Below, one piece after another: positions 26,320 through 38,650 of a stretch of DNA of 64,000 bases. Every line of letters starts with the position of its first letter. Position 1 is the stretch's first letter. The notes under the pieces are model-generated. The model searched no databases. It saw only the letters and a list, made by a program, of their open reading frames with translations, and was not told the origin of the DNA. Source of the DNA: Diadema antillarum (lineage: Eukaryota); NCBI RefSeq assembly GCF_040938485.1, contig NW_027271306.1, positions 310,001-374,000 of the forward strand. Direction: 5' to 3'. The position numbers and the translations under genes are program-made.

Positions 26320-28252
26320 TTAGTGGTCTTGCTTCGGTGGGATACCTTCCACCACCTCTGCGGCCCCTGCGGCCCCTTCGTGAAATGCTGAGGACGAAGG
26401 ACCGGCTGTTTCCCCTCCAATCGCAATAGTGGAGTGACCCTCTGCCGCATCTGCCCTGTAAGGTGGAGGGGCCTCTGATAGGTTGACGGTGAGTCCCCCC
26501 GGATGCTCAACTGGCCTGGGCCCAACATCACCATCTCCTTGGAAACCAGGATTCCCGGATGCTACCACGTTCAGGACGATGGCGTTTGGACTTGGTTCCA
26601 CTCCGTTCGCCAGGGCGTGTTGGAGTCGCTCCCGCATCTGCCGCTTCTTGTTGGCCTCCTTAACGATAAGAGTCATTTGAACGAGGTCCGTCAGCCAACC
26701 GACTCCAAACACACCCAGCGTGCAGAGGAAGAGAATTCCGCGTGACTTGTTGTACAGGTAGAAGTGGTGAAGTCCGAACAATCCCAGGGGGATGGCAAGA
26801 AGATACGCGTCCGAAGTGACGTAAGGGTCTTCGCCGACTCGGACCCCCTTCTTCATGAGTTTTACGTCTGTGTTCGCCTTTTCAACCATGTACGACAGAC
26901 GGAATAAATCGACTATCCACCCGACACCGAAGAATCCCAGAGTACACGCATGGAAAATGCCATAGCGAGTCCTTCCAAGGTAAAAATGGTGGAGGCCTGT
27001 AGAAAATAAGCAGAAAGAGTGATATGGAGAGAGAATAAACCCTCTATGTCATAACCGTTTATAAAGGTAACAACGTCTACAGAAATTAAGAATACATACA
27101 TTAATTGATACTTCGAGTTTACTGCCTTCTTCTGTAAGCTAATTAGTTTGATCTTGGTCTAATCCTTTCCTTGTTTGGTTTGCTTGAGACCTACCCTTAG
27201 ACACTTCATGGGAAGTAAAACTTTCCAGATGTCGACATAGAGGGAGGGGAGATAAATCCCATGGTCCCAATGATACTCTTTCGTGTCATTAGCTGCCGCA
27301 CAACATGGGAAGAAATCGACATCTCTTAACAGAAAACCAACCAATATTCGTGAAATTGCCAAATTATAGTTTATAAGAGCTTTTTACATTAATTCCACAT
27401 TATTTTCACCAATTCTTTGTCAAAATATCTAAGCATTCATTATTACATAATATCATTTGAGTAGTCGTTTTTCATTTTTTCATTATGGAAATATGTTTCT
27501 TTTTTTAAGTTAAGAAAACACAAACAAAATGATAATCAGATTTGTGTGTGTGTGTGTGTGAGTGTGTGTATGAGGTAGTACTATAGAAAATGCTATCGTA
27601 ACGTCATTGCTTTACACGTTAACATAAGTCAATATAATTATCCACATCAATTACATTCATCTCCTTTTCATATTGAGCATACGTACTTAGCACGTCATTG
27701 CCCATGAGACGAATGATAACCAATAACAGTAAACGATGCAGAAGTCTCCTACTAGTATACTGTAACCATCACTTCATAGCTATGAAATCGAGAAAGAAAG
27801 GGCGGCATGAAGTAATTACCAAAAAGGCCAGACGGAGGAAGCCAGAGAATGAGCGCATCACTGAACTGCTTGGGAGACAGGTACCCCGGATACTTCTTGC
27901 TGTGTATCCAGTGACCTCTACCACGTGCTTCAGAGATGTGCTCGTTGCACTGCTTCACTAGCTTGCCTATCCGGAACCAGTCGATCAGCCAGCCCAGGAA
28001 GAAGAGCCCGAAGGTGCAGAGGTACACCCTGCCGAAGAACCGCCTCCTCAAGTAGAAGTGGTGCAGACCGAATAGACCCAGGATCGGGTAGCAGAGGACC
28101 CGCGCCACGCTCTTAGACTTGTCCTTCATGGTCGTACATGGAGTGAGGTAGACCTCGTCGGTGTACTGCGGCATGGTACCCCTCTCCCGCTCCTCATGTC
28201 GCTGAAACTCCCGCCTAGCAGCGTCCACGTCGGCCGAAACGACTTGAGCCAT
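26320..28252 (-). CDS. Triple-TM2-domain membrane protein with PPxY tail, paralog A (369 aa); exons 28252-27820, 26996-26320
   Basis: Three GL(F)GLHHFYL...TLG.FG.GW..D repeats; TTTG|GTAAT donor and CTACAG|GC acceptor; 433+677 nt in frame; EAPPPY motif. Confidence 0.88.
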
Positions 28253-29102
28253 GGTTAGGGATAAAACTCTGATATATCGTGCAATCTGGTTCCAGGCTGG
28301 AGCACAAGCACACTCACGCAGCACCTACTGCCAGAAGAAAACTGCTCTTGTCATTCTGTAGGCGGCGCAGCAGAACTTTGTTTTGATCTGCAATCATTTA
28401 CGCGTGCAGGTGTTGGCCCAGGCTACCGTACCACAGAACCAACAAAGCTACAGATAGCACAAGTGTGAAGCAACTTTACTGCTGTAGCACCCTGTCATGC
28501 GTGTACGCCTTAAATCTATACCTCATTCCTGACTTTAGAAAATGACATCAATCCTACGTGCGCTGACGGCGAGGGGCGTGTAATGATCTGGTCGAGCTCT
28601 TATAGGGGGCAATGGTCCACATCTGGCCAATTATTAACCCATGGTTAGATAAATGCTTTGCACGCTCATAGCTATATATACCCGGGTCCTGTGCATGGCT
28701 GTGTATTACATTGATTAGTTTTAAAGATTTTCACTCGTGACAAAGTCAGGTTGGAGAAAAAATGGTGCTTTAATTGCAAAAGGCGAATGAGAAAGTGTTT
28801 TTGTAACTGATAAATTATAACAATTGTGACTAAATTCTTTTAATTGCTCCATGCTTATGTTTAACACAGAGCCGAAATTGACTATTACAGTGTTATCATC
28901 TGCGATATCAGCATTTTATCACGTATCAGTGGTTCTTCGTCATTCTTACTATAATGCTTTTATATGCTATAATTATGTTATATGGTGTGTTTCCTGGGTC
29001 ATCAAATTGTAGCAATTTACATAAAACGAAAATTATATGTTATTGACAACAAAGATAGTCGCTGGACATCAAACAATCTTTATATGTCTGTTTTTGGTTA
29101 CT

Positions 29103-30380
29103 TTAATATAGTCCATAAGTGCAATGTAAGTTCTGATCCACAATCGACGTGGTGCACATTGTTGTCGAAGAGCGGCCTTCGTGGTCGCCGTCAGTATCGA
29201 CGAGGAGCCGCTGCTTTATCTCACTATCGCTGTTTGCCTCTGATACCAGCAACGGCATCCGATAGATATCCGCCAGCCAGCCGAGACCGGCCACGCCCAA
29301 GGTGACGAGAAAGAAGACCCCTCGCCTGGTGTTCCCGAGATAGAAGTGGTGGAGTCCCAGAAAGCCCAGAGGAATGGCCAAGGTGTACGCGTCGCACAGC
29401 GAGTAGCACTCCTCGGTCACGTGACCTCCCCTCGTCATTGTCTTGATGTCGCTATTTGCGCGGCGCACCATGGATGGAAGACGACCGAAGTCGATGAGCC
29501 ATCCGAAGGCTACGCGACCCAACGTCAGTAAGTGGAAGATCGCGATTCGCCGACGCCCCAGATAGCGATGATATAAACCTGCAGAGGGAAATATGGACAT
29601 TGACGATGTGCTCTAAACCTCCTTATTTCAGAACACTTGCACTGAACTGAAGACACAGACATTTCTGTTCATATCCTCGTTAATATAAGTGAAGTTCTTT
29701 ATTTTGTTACCTTTCAAATACAAAACAAACTAAAAAACGAAATGTTAGTTTTGGGACTGAGTGCGCACATGCTAGTTGTTCTCCATCAGTTACTTGTTGC
29801 ATGGACGGTTAATTTTTACTCAAACAGTTCTGAAATTTGATCCTTTTCCCCCAAGAATGAAAGTGCATTAATAAAAAGTTTAGTTTTAGTCTCACTTCAC
29901 CTTCCTGAGCTTACCAAGCAGACCAACTGGAGGCAGCCACAGTAGATAAGCATCCAAAAGGGAAATACTGTGCAATGGCCCAGGATATCTACTACTGTAC
30001 AGATGGAATCCCCTTAAATGAGCCTCGTGTTGGTAATCGTTGCAATTGGCTACCAGGGATCTGATGCGGAAGCAGTCGACCAGCCAGCCCAGCCCACAGA
30101 GCCCGAGGGTGCAGACGTAGACCCATCCGAAGAAACCTCTCTTCAGGTAGAAGTGGTGGAGTCCAAACAGGCCGACAATAGGTACGCAAAGGACCGCTGC
30201 GAGAATGGTGGACTTATTGAGACCGCCGGGCTTGGAGTCAAAGGGTACCACGGTGACCTGCTGGTCAGGCTGGTGGAGAGGTGTGGTCTCCCGCTGATGA
30301 GAGTCTCGGACACTCCTTTCGTGATAGCCCAATCGATGGTTTTGAAGACTAGATTTTAATGGTGGCTCTACTCTCTTCAT
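29103..30380 (-). CDS. Triple-TM2-domain membrane protein, paralog B (313 aa, no PPxY); exons 30380-29915, 29578-29103
   Basis: Same three repeats and same phase-1 intron (CTTG|GTAAG, TGCAG|GT); 466+476 nt in frame; short C-tail. Confidence 0.85.
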
Positions 30381-31195
30381 GTCTGCAGTACGACGGTAGA
30401 CTCCTCCCGGAATTTATAACGACCATCTCCCATCTATTCAGGTGGCACATGATTCCCACTCACAAATTTAATTGCTTTTTTTAAGATCATGAATTTAGTA
30501 ATGAAGAAGATGAGCTTTATAAACGCGCCATAATGTTTGATGTGTTTCCGTGTGCTGTATAAACATGCACGTCAGTCAGTATACACACAATGTACGCTAA
30601 TGCGACAAGATATTAATAACGACGACAATGCGGTGTGTTTGCTGGAAAATGATTGATAGCTATAATTGTTCAGAGCCCATGCATGTTTGATATAGCTGTC
30701 TTTTCACGTACCCAGTATAACCGGTACGATAACGGTAATCTCATATGGGTTGTTAACCTCACCCCATTCTGAGTATGGAGCTCGCTTTGTGATATTTCAA
30801 GCATGTCGTCAAGTTGAATGTGGAACATGATATACAGTTTGGGTCAGATTTCTTTGTGACATGGATGGCACAAAATATTGGACGGTACAAACGAATTTTC
30901 ATGTAGGTGCACAGTATACCTATGTGCTTGTGTTTGTGTTTAAGAATGTGTATTTGTGTATGTGTGTATTACATGTGTGTATGTATGAGTGTATTATCTT
31001 GTGCATACAATTGAATGCATAATATACTGGTATGCCTCTTTCTAAGTCCTTGCACTCTTGTAATGCATGGGTTGGGGAATCAATGGGAAATGGCTACTTG
31101 ATGATAGTGATGACAGCACTCTGGTTACTTCACAAATCATTGGGCCAGCAATTACAAAATAGAAATGAAATTAATTAGTACTTCTCCCACCGCCA

Positions 31196-31707
31196 CACTA
31201 CAAAACGTCGGGTGTTCAATATGAAATACCGAGCCTGTGTTAAATTCCCGGTGCTCGTTTGTGGTGTTACATTGACACACATGGGTGTCACTTCAAAATA
31301 TAAAACTTTTGCTTTGATAGGTAATTAGTTTCTGTTCTTCTTGTTGATTTTGAACTTCAACAAAATGAATGCTTCTCGATAAAGTACTTGATTTCTAGGG
31401 GAAAATTATGAACACATTTACACTACAATAATGCGAGTTGCTTTGATCTTATTCACACTGGGCAGGTGTTATACGACTGAAATTAACACCGGCAATGTCA
31501 TATCAATACTATGTAGTGTCGTTGTTGAATTGACACCAGCGCAGTGTCAAAAATATCACCAGCTACAGTGTCTAATTAACACCATGAAGTGTCAGGTGTA
31601 CACTTTTCAACACCATCACAACATACTTTCTACACCTTTCGGTGGGGTCCCTATCACTTTGTATTAACACGCGTGGTGCCAAAACTAACACAGATCTTTC
31701 TGCAGTG
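31196..31707. mobile_element. MITE with CACTAC...GCAGTG ends and AACAC/GTGTT subterminal repeats
   Basis: Imperfect terminal inversion (CACTACAAAA vs CACTGCAGAA); many GTGTT/AACAC motifs; TA at the right flank. Confidence 0.5.
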
Positions 31708-32692
31708 TATTAACAAAGTCGGCAACAATATACTTACTTTGTAAATCCTCCATCCAAAGACTATAGGCGAGCAATATATAAACACCAGTGCAACCTTATT
31801 TCAAGTTCAAGTTTCATTTTTGTGAGTGAAATTAACAAAATATCAACATTACCAATCAATAAAGAGAGGGTACATTACTGTATACTTTTGATGGGGATAT
31901 CAGAAATAGGGCATCTTGGTGATGAATAAATTAGAAGGTGGAGATAGGGGACTCACTAAAATGAATCTTGTAGATTGTGGGTCCCACCTGTGTAACCTTA
32001 ATCACTGTTCTTTACTGTTATCACAATCTGCATGATTTGTACCAGCAGAAGTAAGAGCACTAGATTGAATGATACAGTATTAATTTTTGAAACGCAATTA
32101 TTTTCCTTTCCTTGTGATTTAAAAACCGCAACGTCTCTTCGTCGTGCATAATATGATTATAGGTATAGGATGATTGTGTGAAGATGGGAGGGAAGTTGAA
32201 CCAAAATATCGCAGTCTTAACGCCTTTATTTGATATACATTGTAGAGGTGCAGTTGCTATCCTTTATTTGGATCTAGATATACCGTAGACCATCCTATGA
32301 ATGCACTCTTGAAAATGCATACTTGAAACTTCGTGAAAAGAAAGTATGTTTGTGGAGCATTCATTGTCACCCAAGTTGATAAACTCAAAGCGTTTTGGTA
32401 TGTGAGACACAGGTTACTTGTACTTTGCAAAATCAGTGTCGGTGTGATCACTGTGAATATTTATCAACATGTTAGTGTATGAGAAAAACAAATGTGGGCA
32501 CTTTTGAATGTGCTTATGTTTTGGCATGAATGCAAACTTGGATGTGCAGACAAATTGGCTGATTGATTGTCGCATTGCTTTAAAATATTTACGTTGATGA
32601 AGGGTAATTTATCAAAACGTTGGAATAAAAAACAACTCGATGCAAGAATTCCTTCATTTGAATAAAATGCTACAAGGATTAGAACCAGCACT

Positions 32693-32760
32693 GGCTGTCC
32701 CCTGGTAAAGTGGATAAGACGCCTGTCCGGAGATCAGGAGATCGTTTGGTGCGAATTCAA
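32693..32760 (+). mobile_element. Degenerate tRNA-derived SINE head
   Basis: GGTAAAGTGGATAAGACGCCTGTCCGGAGATCAGGAGATCG..GGTGCGAATTC: A-box-like, anticodon-arm-like and decayed B-box segments; no cloverleaf. Confidence 0.5.
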
Positions 32761-33137
32761 TAGATAATGTAATCCCATTTTTTTTTTTTGGCTACTACTA
32801 AAAGACTGATTTAATCGGTGCATATTAATACGTCGTTGTTGGGCAATCCATTATTTAGTTGCAATAACTACCAGCAGATCTCATAGGATGACATTTAATT
32901 ATCAAAATGCCAACGTTCCTCTTTGCAGTTTTACTAAATTAAACATGTGCGACTTTGCCATATCAGGTGAAGTTAAGTGCTTAAAAAAAATCACCAATGC
33001 CTTGTGAGAAGGCATAAAAAAAGATAATGATTATGCAAATTACAATCATGTAACATTTTGGTACATGACGGAGGACAAATATGAAGGGATAAGATGCAAT
33101 CAGTGCAATATCTGGCACAAAATGTATACAACTATGT

Positions 33138-33276
33138 NNNNNNNNNNNNNNNNNNNNNNNNNNNNNNNNNNNNNNNNNNNNNNNNNNNNNNNNNNNNNNN
33201 NNNNNNNNNNNNNNNNNNNNNNNNNNNNNNNNNNNNNNNNNNNNNNNNNNNNNNNNNNNNNNNNNNNNNNNNNNNN
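33138..33276. other. Assembly gap
   Basis: Run of N. Confidence 1.
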
Positions 33277-35195
33277 TGAAGATAGTAAATGTGTCCAACA
33301 TTGGGGACATAAAAGTTTTCCCCCGAAGATTCGTTAATTGGAACTGGCTTAAGAGGTTATTGGCTTCTCTGTTCTTTTTTTTTTCATTCCATTTATTTCT
33401 TCTCTGGATTCGTTTTTCATCATACATCATCATAAGAATACAATTACTCGTTTTCATAAACAGATTACTGAAGACGATGATAAGGCCATACGGAAATGCT
33501 ATACATCGTTTAAAACAAAAAACGTAGTTTTAATCAGAGCGACTGCGGTATGCATGACACAACTCACAATACAACATTTATTGTTTACTCTTACAAGAAT
33601 CCTCAGTGTTTTGTTAGAGATATAATTTATTCTTTGTGTACTTTTAAAACTCTCAATTGGAGCCTATAAATGACCCATTTTCTGTTGGAGCAATTTGCAT
33701 TCAACTTATCCTTTTCAATTAATTTTGTAAGAGAATATGCCACCAAGAAAGACGAAAACACAAATCATTTTTCAAAGGAGTAACAATTCCCTTCTTTAAC
33801 TAACAGAGATGATATTGAGAACATTACAATGCACCGAGATTTTACACAACCATAGACACTCACGCACACATACACACACACACACACCTGCATTCACGCA
33901 CATTATTATATCACTGTAGAAAGTGTTAAACAACAATGGCAGGTCTAACAGATGTCTAACATTCCGCATTTGCAACAGCGTCGTTTACCTGAAAATGCAT
34001 CACATATAGTTTTCAAGTCCATTTCATAGCGGTTAAATGCGGAAAAAATGTTATCCACTTATCTTCTTATATTCGTTCGCGGACATAGTCTTGATATCAA
34101 CGTTAGAAAAATTGTCCATACTTCTGAGACAGCCTAGGAGCCAAAAAAAAATATATATATATCCTTATCTTGTTAAGTTACGAGTCCTGAAGGAGAACAA
34201 TATCGATTGAAACGGATACACTACTTTGACACAAGTGTACACATCTTAAATAATACTTACATTGAACAATTGTTAGTTGTATTAACTTGGAGATACAGAC
34301 AGTTTACAAATTATGTACAAAGTTAAACTTACTTTTTCCGGACTTGTACATTTCTAGGTACTTTAATTCATTTACTGATATCTTTTCATGAGCACAAACA
34401 ACGAGGAGGAGTTATGACAACAGATGATACTATGAAGATGAATACATGTATATAGTAAGACTTTCTACCCCTTACCAGGCCAAGGAACAAACATGACAAA
34501 CGTATCCGTGAAAAGTGTAACTGTTTTCTGAAAACTTTCTTAGAATATTTTACAGAACAATTCATATACATGTAATGAGGGTATATACACATCTACAAAT
34601 TTTTGAAGCGATCCCAGCGTTGCACTATCTTCCATTTACAATTCTCCGCAAACCTTCATAGCAAATTTACAGAACAATGTATGTACACATAACTTGATAT
34701 CTATACATCTACACATTCTTGAAACGATCACAACATTGCAATGTCTTTAATTGACTTTTAACAAGCAGTAAATCAGTGGAATGCTGTTGTTTTTTAATTG
34801 TGAAATATGAAGTACTGACGCAATGATGACAGCTGCACTTCTACATCACCAGCAGGTGATCACTATTGAAACGAACCATACTACCACTCAGACAGCAACG
34901 TAAACTCGCATCACCAAAAATTACCTCAGTCGAGAATATTTTATCGGACATTTTCGAGTAGTTGCAGAAGTTTAGATGGTAACTTGAAATTGTCCGTTTA
35001 CTATTTTTATTTTTTGTCATCGTGTAGTGATGCGTAACAAATTACTTTGTTTCACTGCAGTGTGGCGCTTTGACAATGTAGTCATCTAAAGTGTGAATGC
35101 ATGGTACTACGCCTTGCTACGAAACTTGCGATATCTCGACCGAAGACAGTATATTGCCTCACTTCGGGCCAGAACGCCTCGGATTTTCCCCAAAC

Positions 35196-37216
35196 TCAAG
35201 CAACAAATCCATTTTCTTTTGTCAGGGGAACATCTTGAAAGTTGGATGATGCTGCAGCATCTCCACCGCTGCCGCCGCTGGCCCCCTGAACGATTCTCTC
35301 GCCGGCTGCTGCTTGCATCGAGTAAGCTGGAGGTGGCTCATGCAGCATTTGCCCACCGCCGACGTCGTTTGGCCCGCCCTGGTAGCCCTGATTGGAAGAC
35401 ATCACGACCACCGTGCTCGCCGGGGCAGCGTTGGCGGCGTTGTTGACCAAGGCGCAGTTGAGGCGCTGCCTCAACTCTCTGTTCTTATTAGCCTCGGAGA
35501 CGAGCATCGGCATCTGGAACAAGTCTGCGAGCCAGCCGAGCCCGAAGACTCCGAGAGTGCAGAGGAAGAGGAAACCCCGCTTGGTGTTTCCCAGATAAAA
35601 GTGATGTAGTCCAAAGATCCCCAACGGGAAGGCCAGGGTGAAGGCATCGCAGAAGGTGTAGCGGTCGTCTGGCACGCGGATGCCGTTTTTCATCATGGCT
35701 ATCTGCTCGTTGGCCTTGCGCACGAAGGCGGGAAGTCGGAACAAGTCGAAGAGCCAGCCGATACCCAAGCGACCGAGAGTGAATGAGTGATACATGCCGA
35801 TGTGGGTACGGCCTAGATAGAACTGGTAGAAGCCTACAAGAGATAGAGAAAAGAAAAATTGAAGAAAATTGGTGTCAGGCGTTACTTTCCTTTAGCTGAT
35901 TAAATTATGTCGCATCACTTACATGTAGAGATTTGCTCAAATGCAGTCACACATCAATGTACCAATCAATAAATATATTGTTCAGTACATACAAGAAGTA
36001 TGAATGAATTCTATTTATCATGATTCAAGTGGATGAAAATCTTAAGAGAAGTTCTTCGTCTATTTTACCGGACGGGCACTCATTGTTCATGCACTTGATA
36101 TTCTATGCTTTGCCTGATCTCGGGAGTGGAAAACTGAGTTTTTCAATCGTTTACAACGAAACATGTCGTCATAATTCTCACTTATAACATGCATCAGCTC
36201 CAATCTTTACTTGCATTGGGGTTTCTCTGTGTCACAATTCTGCAATAGGCACCCCTACTTTTTAACTCTATCTGTGCCGGGGACTTTGGACAGCGTGTAC
36301 AATGCAATAGAGTTGCCTGGCCAATATTATTGGCACTCAACGCAGACAAAGATTTAAACACTGCGTAATGTAAATACCCCAGTACAGTGACACTGCTTTG
36401 TCGATTGCTACATTCTGCTTTGTTATGTGTTTGACAATTCAAGATTTACTTTTCGTTGGTAGTTTTTTTTTGCCATTTCAACCTTCAACTAAACATTAAA
36501 TGAACATTCATTTCGCTCCTACTTGGATGAGTACTGTAATTTGTCATTTGATGCATCTTCTGAGTAGCAAATAAAAGTGTTGTTGTATTCTTTTTTATTT
36601 GTAGATAATGTAGAAATACTTATTAAATCTTACCCATGAGGCCTACTGGAGGTAGCCATAGAAGAAAGGCGTCCCAAAGTGTCACTTTTGTCAGCGGAAA
36701 TGGAAACCTGTTGCTGTACAGAGTGTAACCGCGAATCTGCGCTTCGCGCGTCTCCTGGTTACAAGTGCGGACCAAGGATTTGATGCGGAACCAGTCGAGG
36801 ATCCAGCCCATGCCAAAGATGCCCAGGGTGAAAGCGTAGATGTAGCCGAAGTAGGTCCTGTTGAGATAGAAGTGGTGGAGGCCAAAGAGGCCGAGAATTG
36901 GGATGCAGAGAACAACGGCCAGTGTGGTAGACTTCGTCATTTCAGATGGTTGCGCGTGGAACGGGAGGATGGTCACCTGGTCGGCCTGGAACTGGGGCGC
37001 CTTGGTCTGCTGTTGCTGGTGTTGGTGCAGATGTTGCGGATGTTGCTCCAAATGATGCTGTGGCTGTTGCTGCACCTGTTCATGGGGCTGGGAAGACGGG
37101 TAAGGATATTGGGTAGTTTGCTGATACCCGGATGGATGTGGGTAAGATGTTGCTTGTGGCGGATATGGGTTTCCTGCCTCCACCCCTCCTTGTGGTACGC
37201 CATTTTTAGACGCCAT
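35196..37216 (-). CDS. Triple-TM2-domain membrane protein with Q/H/P/Y-rich N-terminus and PPxY tail, paralog C (406 aa); exons 37216-36634, 35833-35196
   Basis: Same repeats and intron (ATGG|GTAAG, TTGTAG|GC); 583+638 nt in frame; EPPPAY motif. Confidence 0.88.
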
Positions 37217-38455
37217 TCTCCTCCTATTTCCGACGACTTATTTCACCGAAAGTTGAGAAAGGGTAACGTCAAAACTCCTGAATTTTGCCGAAATCAGCAG
37301 TGGTTGTCTTGCTTGCAACGATATATATACCAAAACGATCCAACACGCAATGTCAATGTCGGCGAATGGCCAAAGTCAGCGCGCGGATCGAATATGTTAA
37401 TGCCCTTACTGTGATTCTGCATTTATATGCCAAACAATCTCACTGTTTGCTATTATCACGTGGGTGGGTGAGATAGTGACGTGATCCTCAAAACATAGCT
37501 ATGACGTATATATTGAATACTGAATACCGCGCATGTGATTTTTTTTTTCAAAGTCTGTCCGTTTACTTGCAAAGACCCTGGGAAATAGAGAATAAAGGTC
37601 AGGTTGCCGTATTTTTATGAGGTAAATTAGTGTACAACGCGATTTACGCCGACACGGTCATGATTAATGTCTCAAATTGCACTGTTCTTCGTGTCTTTTC
37701 TTCCTGTGTGGTTTTCTTTATAGAAACCCTCGATCGTTTGCATATCAACATTAAGATCTTAATAAAACAAAAGAAAAGCCCCGAACCAAATAACTACTCT
37801 CAACAGAACAGGAATTACAGTTATGAACTATGGCCTTCGCTTTTCAACCAACAACAATATCTTATATGCATAAAACACAAAGTATAAGTAACAGCAGCAA
37901 GCATTTTATCATATCATAATGCGCACTAAAGTTCAGAACACGTGATCGATTACTCTTCGACTAAGTGTTCTAAAAATTTAGGAAAGATAGAAAATCTTTG
38001 CATCCTTGTTCATGACTCCTTTGATTTGCTCAATTTGATTATCAAAAAGTAAGATAGCGTAATACAACATTGGTTTTGACCGTGGATATGAATTAATATG
38101 ATGTCTCCACAACTCGTATTTCTGTTGCAGATAGCTACAATAACAATATCTTGCTAACGAGTAACTACGCCAAATTTCCAAGTGTCTTGGTAAATTAGAC
38201 TTTCTGTTAGAAGTCCAAATATTGAGATGTATCCGGATGTTTCATCTTGTTATCTTTTTTTTTATAATTTTGAGTAAATTGAATTGCAGAATCAAAGGAT
38301 AAATTAATTATGCAAGAAAGCTTCCCCTCTCAGCGAAGAAAAAAAAAACAATTGAAGAACGTCACGGGAGGAAAACCGTATGGCGTCGTGTAGTTAATTC
38401 TAACGATCATGGTTCTGTGTTACCTTCTTCTTGAGTAACCCATTGTGTGCTTTGG

Positions 38456-38650
38456 GGTCTAGGGCAATTACCCCCTGGGCAACTACCCCTGACCCTTCCC
38501 TTTATAGCCCTAATCCTAATCCTGAACCTAATCTTAACCCTAACCCAAACTCTAACCCTAAACCTAACCCTAATCTTTACTCTAACCTTACCACTAACCA
38601 GTTTTCAGCCGGGGTAAATGCGGGGGGGGGGGTAATTGCTCTAATACGGT
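38456..38650. mobile_element. MITE with internal degenerate (CCCTAA)n telomere-like repeats
   Basis: GCAATTACCCC ... GGGGTAATTGC inverted ends flanking CCTAAT/CCTAAC hexamers. Confidence 0.7.

Noticed and set aside
38505-38600. True interstitial telomere or chromosome fusion site
   Set aside because: The repeats are degenerate, short and enclosed by TIRs, so they are part of a MITE.
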